Source: Lingula anatina
Lineage: Eukaryota > Animalia > Brachiopoda
Assembly: GCA_051362555.1 (NCBI GenBank)
Contig: CM120649.1
Location: forward strand, 2,790,001 to 2,854,000
Length of the DNA stretch: 64,000 bases
Direction: 5' to 3'
The translations under genes and the position numbers were made by a program. Shown here piece by piece: positions 1 to 13,500 of the stretch (positions are counted from its first letter, which is position 1; the number at the start of each line of letters is the position of its first letter). Below the pieces are notes generated by a model. The model did no database searches, was not told where the DNA came from, and saw only the letters and a list, made by a program, of their open reading frames with translations.

Positions 1-179
1 AAAACAAGCAGATGGAAATAGGCATTCTCATTCACCATGTTTTAATATCAAGAAGATTCCTATTTGTCAAGGCACTTAACAACAGTTACTGAAATCGGAG
101 ATCGAACTCTAACTTCTAGTTGAAAGCAGCTGAAAGGCAGACCTGGGCTGTCTCTGGTGAAAATCTAAATTTTAATGTA

Positions 180-392
180 AGGCCACATTCAGAACCATAG
201 TTGAGATGCAGATATACAGAACTGCAGATCCAATATGGCTGACCCACATGAAAGGCTACTGCATACTAGTTAGTAATCCCCATGGCCAATCTATTCAGTG
301 TCTACTACATATTGGGCAGGCTTTCATGTGGGTTGGCCATATCTGACTTGCAGATCTGTTAGTATGCGGATCAACGTATTCTGAATGCTCCC
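180..392. mobile_element. Palindromic MITE (TA-flanked, ..CATTCAGAA termini)
   Basis: Imperfect long inverted repeats (acccacatgaaagg / ctttcatgtgggt). Related copies at 33723-34010 and 34040-34214. Confidence 0.7.
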
Positions 393-394
393 TA

Positions 395-685
395 GGGACC
401 TTTCAGATCGAGAAGAACCGAGTGCTAGCTAGACCCGACCTAAATATGGCAGACCTACATGAAAGGAAGACCACTTAATCCTGTAATGGTCTCTACGCCT
501 CCTTCTCGACTGGTTGAATTGAGCCGAAATTTAATTACTGTGCCCCTGCAGGGATGACTTGTGGGGAGGCGTGTCAGTGACGGAGAGACTATTACAGGAT
601 AAAGCGGTCTTCCTTTCATTTAGGTCCGCCATTTAATGGTCACGGCATAGCTTGCACCTGCCTCTTCTCGATCTGAATGGGGCCC
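395..685. mobile_element. Palindromic MITE abutting the previous one
   Basis: TA|gggacctttcagatcgagaag ... cttctcgatctgaatggggccc|TA. The internal arms resemble the element at 41205-41752. Confidence 0.75.
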
Positions 686-3600
686 TAAACTCAAGGCTAG
701 AATCACTTCAACTGAACAAACTCTCCCTGGAATGCTTTCATAAGAGTCTGTTCTTTCTTGCTCTTGACCAAGTAAGGTCACATATTTTGATAAGGTCAGA
801 TCTCGTGAGCTTGTCTTTGGTTTTACTCATTTCCTGATTCTACATCTTCGGGCCCATTCAGTCACTAGCTGTAACAAATAATTCATGGCTAAAAAACCAG
901 TGAAAGCATCTTCATATGAATTCTCCACATGTGAGTCATTTTTCTCCCAATTTCCGGGATAGAAATTTTATTCGAAAACACTGGATAATTTATGAGGCAA
1001 CTGCATCAGAAATCACTGGATATGTGTGCCAGTCAAAATATCAGGAATTCTTGGCTACAGACATCACGGTTTCAAAATGGTGTTTTATGATCTTTTAAGG
1101 CCATGATATTTGATTGAAATTATTGGAAAAAATATCTGCCCATGAATATTTCTTATGGCAATTTAAATTTTCAACAGGTATGTAGAACAGAATAAAAACA
1201 AAGGCCAGAACATCAAATTAAGGGCAGTAGTTTCTGTACATATATGACAAATCCAATTATGGTTGTTATTATTATTTGACCTCATTAAATATCAAATAAA
1301 TGTCTGACTTTGTTAATTAATAAGTGTCACTGATTTTAAGTGGGTTGGCCATAATTAGTCCGTAGATCTGTTAGTCTCCGGACCAACCTGTTCTGAATAT
1401 GCCCTTAGTTTCCACCCGGTACTGTACTGTACTGTACCCACATAGTCTGATTGTTATATAACTCACATCTGCCATTCAGACAACCATTACCTAGATCACT
1501 TACACTATATCAATACTATGATTGGTTTGTATATTTTGGATCCAGCAATAACTGACTGAGCCTTTTGTAAGCCACACTTATGGTAATTACTCAATACATT
1601 TGAACAATAATAATTAATGATATGAACAAAAAAAAAAGAATTTACTGCTTTATTCGTACTCTGTATTTTTTGCTATTTGTTTTTATTTTGTAACATCAAA
1701 AATTTGTTCGCAAAATTCTGACAAGTTTATTTCAGGGGGCATGATTTTGTGGATAATTGCTAGTGATCTTTTTTTAAATAAGATATTGGTAAAAGACAGG
1801 CATTTGGAATTTTTGGGTAATTACCACAATTGCCCACATTATTGCTACCCAAAACATTTTGGTACACCAATTGTGTTTCAGAAACAGGAAAATGCAATCA
1901 GCCATTTCTGGAACCACCCTCAAGGTCCTTTCACTTATGAGAGTTACCTGTTTGATAATACTCTTCCTTGAGCAACATTTGGAGGCTGTCCTTGACACAA
2001 TTTTACAAAAATTGAACCCTAATTTTTTAAACAAAGTAATATGTGGTGTCCTAGAAATCACCATAATTTGCTTCCTGTTTTGGTCCAAAATAATCCCTAA
2101 TTTCAACTGGAATCCTTTGTTTTACAAAAAAAATACAAGAACTGTTCAACAGACCAGTAAATGAGCATATTGCTCCCCAGTGAGGTTGGAAAAAGTATAG
2201 ACAAAAGTTTCTCAACTGATCCTGCTCCAACTGAAGTCCCAATAGAGCATACAAACAAAATCTCCGATTGATCAAAACCATAATAACAACACCAAAACTT
2301 CTTCCATCCCTAGAATCCTTCCATGTTTTCCAAGATAACCTACAAGTTCACCAACTTCATAATACGAAAATCTCCTCTTGTTGAAATTCATACCATTTGA
2401 CTGAACTTCTTCGTACCACAGACCAGATATTTCTCCTGAGGCATGCACTGCATACCTTTGGCAAGACAGCTGTGAAATTGGCTGAAATGAAACTTCTGCC
2501 ACCTGCCTATTGAACTAAAAAGGCTGAATTCAGCACCCATTGAACTCAAATGTTGTTTGATTGAAAATCTTGGAAGATGTCTCCTCATATTAAACTCCAT
2601 TCGTACTACTATCTGAAAAAATTTGAATTTTTCAAATTCATATTTTAAGTAAAAAGAGTGCTTCCCTTTACACAAACAGCACAGCGAAACTGAATTCCAC
2701 ACTGAAAATCCAGGTGTCGTTTTCTTTTCGAATAATTGTGCATGCACCATACAAAAAACCCCTGTGTATACAAAAAATATGGTGCCACTTACTTATCTAT
2801 TCATATGCTGAATTTTATTCTGTCTGATTTTAACATTAAAAGACAACATTCTCGGCAATGATATATAAACAGCAAAAGATTGTTAAAAAAAAAGTTAACC
2901 TGTTCCTGCGCTTTTGTGAGCACATGCACAGTAAGACCCTTTCTAGGTGCTAGTTTATGTGGTTATAGAAATCGCTGTCAAAAATCCAGCTCTCTAGCAG
3001 GATTTCGAGACAAGTGAACAGAAATCTTCATGCATGTAATTATAAGCTACCGCAATTGTTGGAATCATGACCCAATTTTCTATTTATCTGGATAAACGGC
3101 CATAGTGTGCATGTGGTATCGAATTCCCTATTTTGCAACTGAACATTTTTTTAACAACAGCAGGTACCCACTTAAAAAACCTGCCCAATTTTCATTATTT
3201 TCAGTTCAAGCATAGCCAATCAAACAATAAATTGGCACCAATGTTAACCTGCTGTGGATCCATCAGGTTTATTGCAATCATGCAATGTTATCCCAGTGGC
3301 AGGCATAGCATGCTGTAATTTTTCACATTTTTGAAATATCACATCTTTTTCCAATCTGTAACATTTCTTCAATTTTCAGTATCCAATTAAAAAGTAAAAT
3401 AAACAACTACACCTTTAATTCTCTCTCTTAAACCAAAATATTTGAGATAGTACAAGCAAACAAAGTTTTACTGAGCAGAAAAATGCTACGAGGAGGCCCC
3501 TTTGGATAAACCATTATCATTATTATCACAATAATCTAGAGCAATATACCAGATAGAGAGAGCTCGTCAGCCCCAGACTTCTGGCTGTCAAGTTCTATCA

Positions 3601-3992
3601 ATAAACTAGCTGACTTCAACCATGCAGACATCCTTGCTGGGAAATTCCAAGTCACTGGCTTCAGGGGGCTGTTTCAAGGAACAACTTTAGCCCGAAAATA
3701 GGTCTTAGATTTTAGGCTAAAATATTAGCCAACTTTGAAACAAGAATAATTTGGTACTAGCCTAGTAGTCCAGCTTCATACAAGATGTTGCCCCTCGTTT
3801 CATAATGGCTAAGTCACGGACAATATTTGAAAACATTACTTAAAGTCAATGAGCCGTTGTATATTATGACCCCGGCCAGAACTAAAGCAGACCAAAAAAA
3901 AGGTCTTAACATTTTTAGACTTTTAGCTGGCTCCCAGGAACCAACCACTAAGGGCTTTTGGTACCCTGAGTTTCACAGTACAAATTGTGACT

Positions 3993-5067
3993 CTTCTCAT
4001 TTAGAAAACATAGAAAAACTATCTATTGGCCATGAACTAAACCATTGTGTTATTAAAGGATGGGAAGAGAGCCGAATATGCCACGTAGAATTGCCGTCAA
4101 GACATTTATATTCCATACCCTGCATTACAGATGTTACTGAAAACTCACAGCTATATTATCTATCAGCATGCTTCTGAAGTTTCTGGGAACATAACTGGAA
4201 ATGCCAGAGACATGCGGATAACTAACAGACAGATGAGACTCCACAGTTTGCCGAAACTCGGGGTGATTTCCTGTTGACTTCAGAAACATTTCATTCACAA
4301 TGTTCACTAATAAATCCGCGTTTCCGGGATGACGGCTTCCTCATTTACAACTTTCAAATGCAATATAGAAATGCAATTTTAAGAGATTCCAAAATTGTGC
4401 ACTTATGATAGATTATAAATTTCATCCACGAAAAAAATCGAGTCATTACGATAGTTGGGTCTAGGGGGGAGAGAGAGAGAGAAGTTGAAAATGCATGGTG
4501 CATGGGATTATGTAGACTAATTTGGAACTAATTGTTTACTTGCAATAGGACTGGAGAATCTGCAGCATGTTTTTCAAACATTTTTACAAATGATATTTAT
4601 CATCTTTGTCTTTGCCAGTTATGACATATTTCCAGCAAAACATTACTTTGGGAGTGCAAGAAGTGAATTTTGTTTGAATCTATTGTTTAATTATCATATC
4701 CCTGTTCCCAGTTACTTCTGCTGGAAACCATCTCTTATCACACCAATACCACAAAACAAAAAATTATAACATCAAATCAAACAAAACACCATTGATTTAC
4801 ACAACATTTGAATGCACCTTAACGCTATTATTCCACTTCGTCCTATAAAATATTCAGACAAATACAAAATCCGAGTGCTTTATCAGATATGAGCCAGGCA
4901 GCATTGATCCGTTATCTATGGCTGCAATAATTGTCCCATTTCCATGGAATGTAGATGTCTTGACGGCAATTCTATGTGGCATATTCGGCTCTCTTCCCAT
5001 CCTTTAATAACACAATGGTTTAGTTCATGGCCAACAGATAGTTTTTCTATGTTTTCTAAATGGGAAG
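3993..5067. repeat. 124-bp inverted repeat pair (3993-4116 / 4944-5067)
   Basis: Near-identical reverse-complement arms. The same pseudo-peptide appears in ORFs 3827+ and 4916-. Confidence 0.9.
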
Positions 5068-6161
5068 CAGGGCTATATATTTGTCCTCCTATCCACACTT
5101 GTACTTATATCTTCATTTATCTGCATGGAGAATATTCTGCAATCAAGCCTGAGTCGGTAGGTTAATAACTAGAGATGAATTTCTTCCGGATTTTTCCTGA
5201 AATTCAGATATACATTTGGGCGTCATATTTATGCCATACACATACCCTTTCACAATCCCCCATATAAACCTTTGCGCCTTCCCGATCTTTAGGGATTGCA
5301 TTTTCGGGCCTTTTTTTAAAGGCCAACTTTCATCGTTGAATAACACTAATTCTAGTTGGCATTGTAGTAGAAAGCATGAATTTTGTCAACAAGGAAATAA
5401 AAGGTATCTTGTCATTTTGACCTAAACAGGAAAAAAAAAGTGCCAAGAATTTCACAAAAAGTGACCCCCATTTCTGTACCAGTTAAACATTGTAGATATT
5501 TAACCTTGTGCACAATTGTTTGATCAAAGAATATTCTTTAATGAATAGCTAAATATTAAGTAATTGGGATTCTTATTAGAAAAACAACAATTTTAACTTA
5601 TATACATCATTGTAAAAAAAGTCAGTGCATTGTAGCATCTGCATCAAAACATTTATATGGTTAAATAAATGCTGAATGCATTACTTCCTGCAGAGACACT
5701 GTACTGACATTTGACTGACTACAACCAAAATTCACACGTTGTGGTTCCATTTATGTTATCCAATCAAAAAATGTGTTCCTGCATTATGTCTTGGCATACC
5801 TTGCCCAAGTCTGGCCCATTCCAAAGTTTTGGCTAAGTGTGAACATGACCTACATAGAAGCAGTTCCAGGCTTTATAGGTCAGCTGTGTACAAACAGTTC
5901 CAGACTTCCAGCTTTCAACAGACCTCTTATGTAATAAGACCTGAACCTTTGTTGACTTAAAACTGATGTAGAATTCCTCAAGTGAATAAAATGTTTTCTG
6001 GTTATGGTCTAGACACAACATCCCGCAGTTCAGAGTAGGGAAAGTGATTCATCTCTTTCAAGAATACAGCCTCTATCACCATATCTCACCTTGAGTTTCA
6101 GAGTACCACAGCTAGTACCCATGAAGGCTCTCTGCTTTCTAGCAGAATGCATGGAGTTTAA

Positions 6162-6497
6162 AGGGATAATAACTCTTCACTTTGGCCAAAAAATGAATTT
6201 TCCTGGAGTAAACAACAATTTTCCCATACTAACCAATGGTTAATGAATCCATTTTTACATTCAAAGTTAGTCCCTGGTTTTTTTCTAAAAAGTTTATTTT
6301 TTGTTATAATCTCTTAAGAGATTATAACAGAGCATAGCCATCAGTGGAGGTCACGTGGTCTAAAGACAAGCCCAGATATCAGAATAATAGCTTTAACTGC
6401 TATTTTTGTGGTAAAACAGAATATATTATATTTCTATGAGTTGTTCACAATGTCTTTATTGTGAAATATAGTTCTCATACGAAGAGTTATTATCTCT
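6162..6497. mobile_element. Non-autonomous DNA transposon with TTAA TSD (Kolobok-like), copy 1
   Basis: TTAA|AGGGATAATAACTCTTC ... GAAGAGTTATTATCTCT|TTAA. Inverted copy at 45530-45866. Confidence 0.85.
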
Positions 6498-8803
6498 TTA
6501 ACTTCTAAGCAAGTTTCAGAGCAACTCAGAGCAACTCTGAAACTCTGAGGCTTAATAAGAAAGAATTTACGCACAATGTTACTCCAATCAGAGTATTTGA
6601 CAAAAGCTATATTGGTAAATAATGAATTTGAATATTTTTGTTAATTAAGCATCAATTTCATGCAAAAATATTTTTCTTGGTTAAATTGCATATATGCTAA
6701 TGTGATGCCAAAGATCATAACTGTCACTGCCGAGTTACTTTTTGAAATTACTTCGATTACCTACAACATAAGAAGAAAATTAACAGCGATGTACAATAGA
6801 ACAAAAATGACAGAGATTCCCACTGATCATTTAAGATTGTGTGTTTCCAGAAGCTCATGACTGGAGTTTTGCGCTAAAACTTGTATTTTCATTTGTCATA
6901 AATGTATACACCTATCATGCATGAAAAACATGCATGATAGTCCATTGCTTTTTGGCAAAAGGTAGGGAAAAAAGGTGAAAATGTAACTTTTCTACTTTGT
7001 ACTTCATTTGGGTCATGTGGCATTGAACTGGACTGATGTTTTCTACATTTTCCTGAACCCCAGACTAGGTCGACAAAAGTCATTGTGAAGGCTCTGTTAC
7101 ACTGGCCAGGATGTTTACAAACACATCATCTCTACTATTCAGTCAATGATTCAGTCCAACAGTCTCACACAAACCAAACAGATATCAACTGATATAATTT
7201 TACATTACAAAATGCAGGTATTACCTCGTTATGCCCAATTTAACGTTATGCAGGTCATTTATCTAAGCATACTAGCTTGCCCGCATTTATATTAAAGTCA
7301 CGTCAATACAGCAACCCACTGCCGCATTTAAATCACAGCTCAGCAATCAGAATCTTTATGATGGCTTAAACGGCATGTGGCTATAAAGTAGATGCCATGC
7401 ATAAATGTTAATGGCTTTATACAAACAGCTATGAAGTCAAGTTCATCAAATTTGAGAATACGTTATTACTATTTTGTACGTCATTGCTGTTTACATAGAA
7501 GAAGCTGTCCATTCACAAACTCAGGCATCTCATCAAATATATCACATGGAATGAATTATTGCCACAAAAGACTACGAAAACATTTTTCAGGGTTTCTAAT
7601 GCTCGTTCAATGTCAACTTCACCTTATTCAATTCATTCATGCAAAACACAGTATCCAAAGAGTGAGCAAACTACAGTGTTGTCAAATTGCATTAAAAAAA
7701 GCTCTCCATTAAAAATTTATAAAACTTAAAGGTTTGAATAATCTCTAATAACGAGATCCAATGCAAGACTGTCAATATTGACAAACAGAAAACATTCTTA
7801 AGACAACAACATTCAGTTTATTCAAAAGCTCAACAAACCTGTCAACATAAAACACATCAATAAAACATGTCATGGCAAGACAAAACAAAATATTGTGAGT
7901 CTTATCCATTGCACTTCATTAAAATATTATTTTTAAATCTTGAAATAATCCGACTTTCTCCAGGCAATAATACGGTTATTATTTATGAATTTCAAGCACC
8001 TTGCTTGTTTCAATGCTTAATTTTTTCTTCAAGATTTTTCTTCTCTTTTTAGGGTTCTTTTTAATAGTAATTCAGGTATCAAAGACAAAAAACATTGCTG
8101 ACAAACCAGTTTGGGCTCAAATGTTGTAAGCAATTACCGTACACGTTTAAAAAGCAACGTCTGATATGTTAATTTCATAACAGCTTGTTTAAGCCATTCC
8201 CTAACTACATCCTTTTTACCATGTTAATCAATGAAGGCATTTAAATTTCAAATTGGAGTCTGTCTGAAGCTTTACTTATTGATAAGGCCTGAGTGCATCC
8301 AACCTGGAAAACCCTATGAAATATTGACATAATTTTTTGAGAGAATTTTTTACAAGAAACTGCTGTTTCTGGGGATGTCACATTAATAGATGGATTGTTT
8401 TCCTGTAACACAAGCTTTAGCATTAGATGTTTTGACTTCTCTATGTTTTCAACAGTTCTAACTTGTCGTACATATTTATAAAACCATTGCTTTCAGAAAA
8501 GTACAAATGAAAGTATAGCATCTGTACAGCACGCATGATGATAAACTGACAGTTTAACTGAGGAAATCACGTTATCTGCAATAATGTTAACTGTTCTTGT
8601 AATTATGTTTTTCGACAGTGAGTACAAGAGCAATATTATGGGTTGGTTAATATTGCACAATGCACATGGACATACTAATTAGATTGTGCGTGTACCCACA
8701 TACAACACACTTGCACACACACTCACGTTTTTCTTTTAACACAAACACAAAAACCAAAGATGCATATGAAAATATCTTCTCTGTCTCCTCTCCCTCCCTC
8801 CCA

Positions 8804-8804
8804 G

Positions 8805-8850
<46 letters not shown>

Positions 8851-8875
8851 AAATGAGCAAATTACATCCTATCTG

Positions 8876-8918
<43 letters not shown>

Positions 8919-8933
8919 GTTTGGGAGGGAGTG

Positions 8934-8990
<57 letters not shown>
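8804..8990. repeat. Compound (CT)n/(CA)n microsatellites
   Basis: Read directly from the sequence. Confidence 0.95.
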
Positions 8991-8991
<1 letters not shown>

Positions 8992-10359
8992 CCCATCTGA
9001 ATCCCTGACTGACCACCACCTCTCCAAAAGCTGACCAGCCAGCTCAAGCTGATTGGCCATATTGATGACATTCGTCCAATCAATAATTAATGCGCAAATC
9101 TGAGCTTCTGCATTGACTGGCAGCTAATACTGTGAGCAAGCCTGCCACACTGGATCAGTACATTGTAAAACACTGCAAGACAGCTTAACTTTGCTCATTG
9201 TCAAACACACTGAACACTGCAGGAACTCTGACGCTTCTGAGCAGCTCTGAGAATCTGCGTTAAAGTACACTGCGTCAGGCAAAAAGTGTGCCATGTAGAA
9301 AATTATTACGTATGTACCAGAAACCCTGGGCACATGGGAAAATACAAAGAGCTCTCTGGTTATGTTATAAGACAGCTGTATATTTTGTAACTTTGGTGTG
9401 GAAATGCACTGAACTCTATAGAAATACTGAGATCTTTTCCCTGGCTTGTTACAGTATTTGGTTTGTCCAGGATTTTACAATTTGGGGGGGGGGGGGGGGG
9501 GAGGAGGCACGAGGATAATTATTACCCTTTTTGACTCAATGAACATGAAGGCATTTGTAAAGACATCATCATGAGTGAAAATTGTAAAAACTAAAAATCA
9601 TGAAAACGTAACTTGCAATTTCTCATTGCATTTAGACCATATGAAAAAAACAATCTAAACATATATCCTGAAAAACTTTCACCCTTGCATCACCAACACC
9701 GCTTCAAGTACACGAACACATTTTCAACTAAAAAATCTCAAAATCTTTTATTTCCACCATGCTTATATAAATACCAACTTTTCTATATTCTAATCAATGC
9801 CAGGAGGAGGCGAGTTAGACTGTTAATCTGATTGCATTAAGCAAGAGTCTCCATGGAGTCAGTATGCAATAGCTAGGTAGACAGAATTCATTGGGAATGG
9901 TCCCTAAGACATGACAAAGTTGCCGGATACACAAGGACGATTTCCAAATCATGATCTATTTATCATGTGACCTTCACCATTACCATGGCAACATGACAAA
10001 GACTTACAGGGTGCACCAGGAAGTGTTCTGACTCATGACCTCAGCATCAAGTGATCTTCACAAATACCATGACTTGTTGACAAAATTAACTAAGACTTGC
10101 AGGGTGCAAAAAAGCAAGAATTCTAACTGGTGACCTCAACATCATGTGACCTTCACCATTACCATGACGACCTACCTCAGGTCAAAAGTGAGGTAAAACA
10201 AACCAGACGCCCATGACAAGCAGAGAGAAAGGTCAACAGGGAGGGCAGGCATGGGCTGAACCATTACACTGACCTTGTATTATGGCAAATTTAGACAACA
10301 TCTGGAGAGTATCAACCTTAAAAACTTGTCTACCAGCCACAGAAGATATACTTTCTATT

Positions 10360-10362
<3 letters not shown>

Positions 10363-10404
<42 letters not shown>

Positions 10405-10463
10405 TCTCTGTCTCTCCCACTTCTCCTTTTCCATTATTTCCATTTGATTTAGTTTCTATTCAG

Positions 10464-10513
<50 letters not shown>

Positions 10514-10579
10514 CTTTCCTTCTCTGTCTCTCCCACTTCTCCTTTTCCATTATTTCCATTTGATTTAGTTCCTATTCAG

Positions 10580-10626
<47 letters not shown>
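10363..10626. repeat. Tandem duplication of a ~120-bp unit containing (CT)n
   Basis: cttctctgtctctcccacttctccttttccattatttccatttgatttag occurs twice between three (CT)n runs. Confidence 0.9.
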
Positions 10627-10627
<1 letters not shown>

Positions 10628-11645
10628 AATGGAAGACCAGGAAGCATAGATATGTCAACTGTCACAACAAGAAATACAGCCAATAAATCTTTAGACCACA
10701 GATGCTTTTGACTATTTAAATATACATCAAGAAATATTGGTAGTTTATATTTAGGAATACATGTGCAGTAAAATGGAGAGCCTGTGAATGAAAGTGGAAA
10801 ATATACCTCAAGATCAGTGAACGTACAGATCTTTTGCTTAACAACCTCCTCCTTTGACTGAGGTCAAATTTATATAAGACTTATAAGTTAGTCTCTTCTG
10901 ACTTTATTTTCGTTATAATTTTATGTACTTATAAAACAATGTAGGATAAATTCGAAAAAAAAAATTATAAATTGTGGTTAAAAGGTAGTTGTTCTGCTGA
11001 AGAGACTAGATATATTCTTTTTTCCATCTACCAGGAATGAAGGTCAACCGTGCATCAATTACTGATCACATAACTGACTCATCAATTGAGCTAAAAAAAA
11101 TATCATTACACAATAAACAATGAAAAACCTATTTCCCCACAGTTAATAAACCATAATTTAAGTGAGCCTTTCAGGGTTCAAATTAGGTTGCACGTTGAGG
11201 TATTGTTCACAAGGAGTATATTTCTCCCTCAACTCTTTTAAAGTACATATATATATAAATATGTACTTTAATACCACTCACCAGAAACCAGCAAATATTA
11301 AAAAAAATTTACAAATTGCCCTTTTTTATTGAAGAAAATCCAAGTCAAAATGATCAAGCCTTCCCTTCCTATTCTTATAAATATTTTCAAGCCAAACTCA
11401 TCTCTTATTTTTATTTTGTTGTTGTTGTTGTTTTGTTTTTCTGTCTAAGAGTTGTTTACACCATAGATTATCTCTACTTAAATGAGAGCATGCGTCCTGC
11501 CATATGTCATTCCCAGAAAACATTGGTTAATGTATGAAAAGAAGAGGCTATTCCAGAACAATCATCTTGGTCTCTGAGAGCAAAGCTATTTCCTGGAAAA
11601 CTCCGTGAAAGCGGTTGTTGAACTGTGCACTCTCTCTCTCTCTCT

Positions 11646-11687
<42 letters not shown>

Positions 11688-12137
11688 TATATACCACCAC
11701 CACCACCATAAATGGCATAAAACTACAATAACATGTTGATGTCAATTTAATTTTATGAAAATCTAGTCTAAACATGTCCCCAGGGTATTCTAAGACCACG
11801 CCCTACAATCCTCATACCATTGTCCACTACAGACCATCAACATTTTTTGGGGCCCTTCAGCAGGCCCGAACCCCACGCAAAGGGAGGGGGGTCCACTTTG
11901 TATCTGTGGACCCCTCCCCCCTTCAAGTAATCCTGAATCCACCCCTGCCCACACACAAACACACACATAAACACATGCACACTCATACGTACCTGAAATC
12001 AAAACAAGAATATCATCACCATAGGCAAGAAATACATAAAATCTATTTTAACTGAAATAAAGACACAAATATGTTATATATATATATTATAAATAATATA
12101 TAAATATATATAAAATTTAATACGTAATACACCTTAC

Positions 12138-12971
12138 CTTGCAATGATCACAGTTCCAATTAACAGAGTACGTGTGGTTTTTATCCCCTTGGTGATGCCG
12201 TTTCCCCTCGCAATCAAACTTCGACATCACGTCCAACTCGAAGCGTTCGTACACAGTTTGCACGGTTCTGTCTAAATCCTCTATGCTGCGTATACACTCT
12301 TTGCAGACTGTCGTCGCATTTTTAAAATTATTATTATTATACTCATCATCATTATCATCATTATTATTATTATTACTTAAACCGTCAGCATTTGGTGATG
12401 TTTTCTTGTCCTCAGAACAATTGTCAGTATAGGAACAATTGTGCTTTAGGATAGGGTAGACTGGATATGCATTACAAAATTTGAGGTACATCTTGATGAG
12501 CTTCTTCCTGCGCTGGGGGCAAGTGGGGGAATCACAATAGAGTTCTTGAGCGCTCTGAGAAGCAAGGCACTGTCGCTCCTGGTACTCGTACTGAGTCAAG
12601 TTCACAAGGAATACATCTCGTAGAATCCAGGGGGTCGCCAAGCGGAGTTCCCCCGCCGGGCACGACGCTGGAGAGTCACGCGAGGAGGGAGGAAGAGAAG
12701 GATCCGAGGATTCTGATTCTATAAATATCTCACCGTCGTCGTCGCCGTCAGTGGACGCCGGCTGCCCCGATATCCCCAGGCAGGTCGTCATCAGCAGGAA
12801 GATGTAGAGAAGAGGAAGGGGGAGAGGGGTCGTCGAACTGAGACCGAGCGGTCGCCGCCGTCGTCGCCATCGCTGCTGAAGAAGCCCAAGGTTATTATGA
12901 TAATCCCTGACCGGAAAAAAGTGCCGCTGCAATGACATAAGTGGCCGGCCATACCCGCACAGTAATATCAT
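12138..12971 (-). CDS. NALF: NALCN channel auxiliary factor (NALF/FAM155/NLF-1 family), first coding exon; gene is partial in this window
   Basis: 278 codons from ATG 12971 to phase-0 donor AAG|GTAAGG at 12138. There is an N-terminal hydrophobic segment (LPLLYIFLLMTTCLGIS), then a Cys-rich domain with YLKFCNAYPVY, CKEC..LD..VQ..YERFE..VM.KFDC and YSVNWNCDHCK. These match recalled FAM155 motifs, and vertebrate exon 1 also ends at ..CK. Downstream exons were not confidently found. Confidence 0.85.
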
Positions 12972-13455
12972 AGTGTCATTTTCACGATACCTTGCGGCCG
13001 GCAGCAAGACAGGCGGGCTGCGCACACTGGCATCAGCAAACTTGTGGACTTCACTCACTCCGCGGCCTCATAGCTCGACCGCTGTGGCGTACTCTCCCCA
13101 ACAACATCTTGATCATCCAAAACAGGGATTTCTACTGAAAATATCAGGTGCTCTATACTACTCACTCACTGCTCTGCCTTGGCATAGCACTTTCTTTATA
13201 CTCTGTATTATACTCCGTGTGTATTAAACAGTGCAGCGAAAACCCACTGCTGAAATGAACGAGCGACCGGCTAATGCTACTTCATTCCGCCGGGGTCCGG
13301 CTCCTTCATTGCGAATAATGATTACTTTCCCAATTTTCGGTAGGCCTGTGTTATTGTGGTGTCTTCGCTTCAATTTCCCGTGATCTGAGCTCGTTTTATG
13401 ATATAATTTCGAAAGCGTATTCCATGTTCTTCGCCGCTGCCAGCTGCTGCTTATT

Positions 13456-13500
13456 CCGCCATGTTTGAAAATCTCGGGGAAAAAAGAGAGTGCGCATGCC
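13456..13500 (-). promoter_or_regulatory. Putative NALF promoter/5' end with YY1 and NRF1-like motifs
   Basis: CCGCCATGTT (YY1 consensus, 13456-13465) and TGCGCATGCC (NRF1-like, 13491-13500) in a CpG-enriched stretch about 500 bp upstream of the ATG. Confidence 0.45.

Noticed and set aside
1741-2750. Cluster of 76-120 aa ORFs on both strands
   Set aside because: No recognisable motifs, consistent frame or splice structure.
5854-5883. Minus-strand LTYKAWNCFY, resembling the start of FAM155 exon 2 (VYKAWLCSQY), flanked by cag and gtaggt
   Set aside because: The polypyrimidine tract is poor, read-through hits a stop soon after, and I found no following PC..C..V...CP exon. It is probably chance, and the true exon 2 likely lies outside the window. 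Still worth one junction-read check.
8660-9083. Several overlapping ORFs with CV/RE/HT/LS runs
   Set aside because: These are translations of (CA)n/(CT)n microsatellites.
12972-13058. N-terminal extension of the NALF ORF shown in the ORF track
   Set aside because: It begins at GTG. The first in-frame ATG is at 12971.
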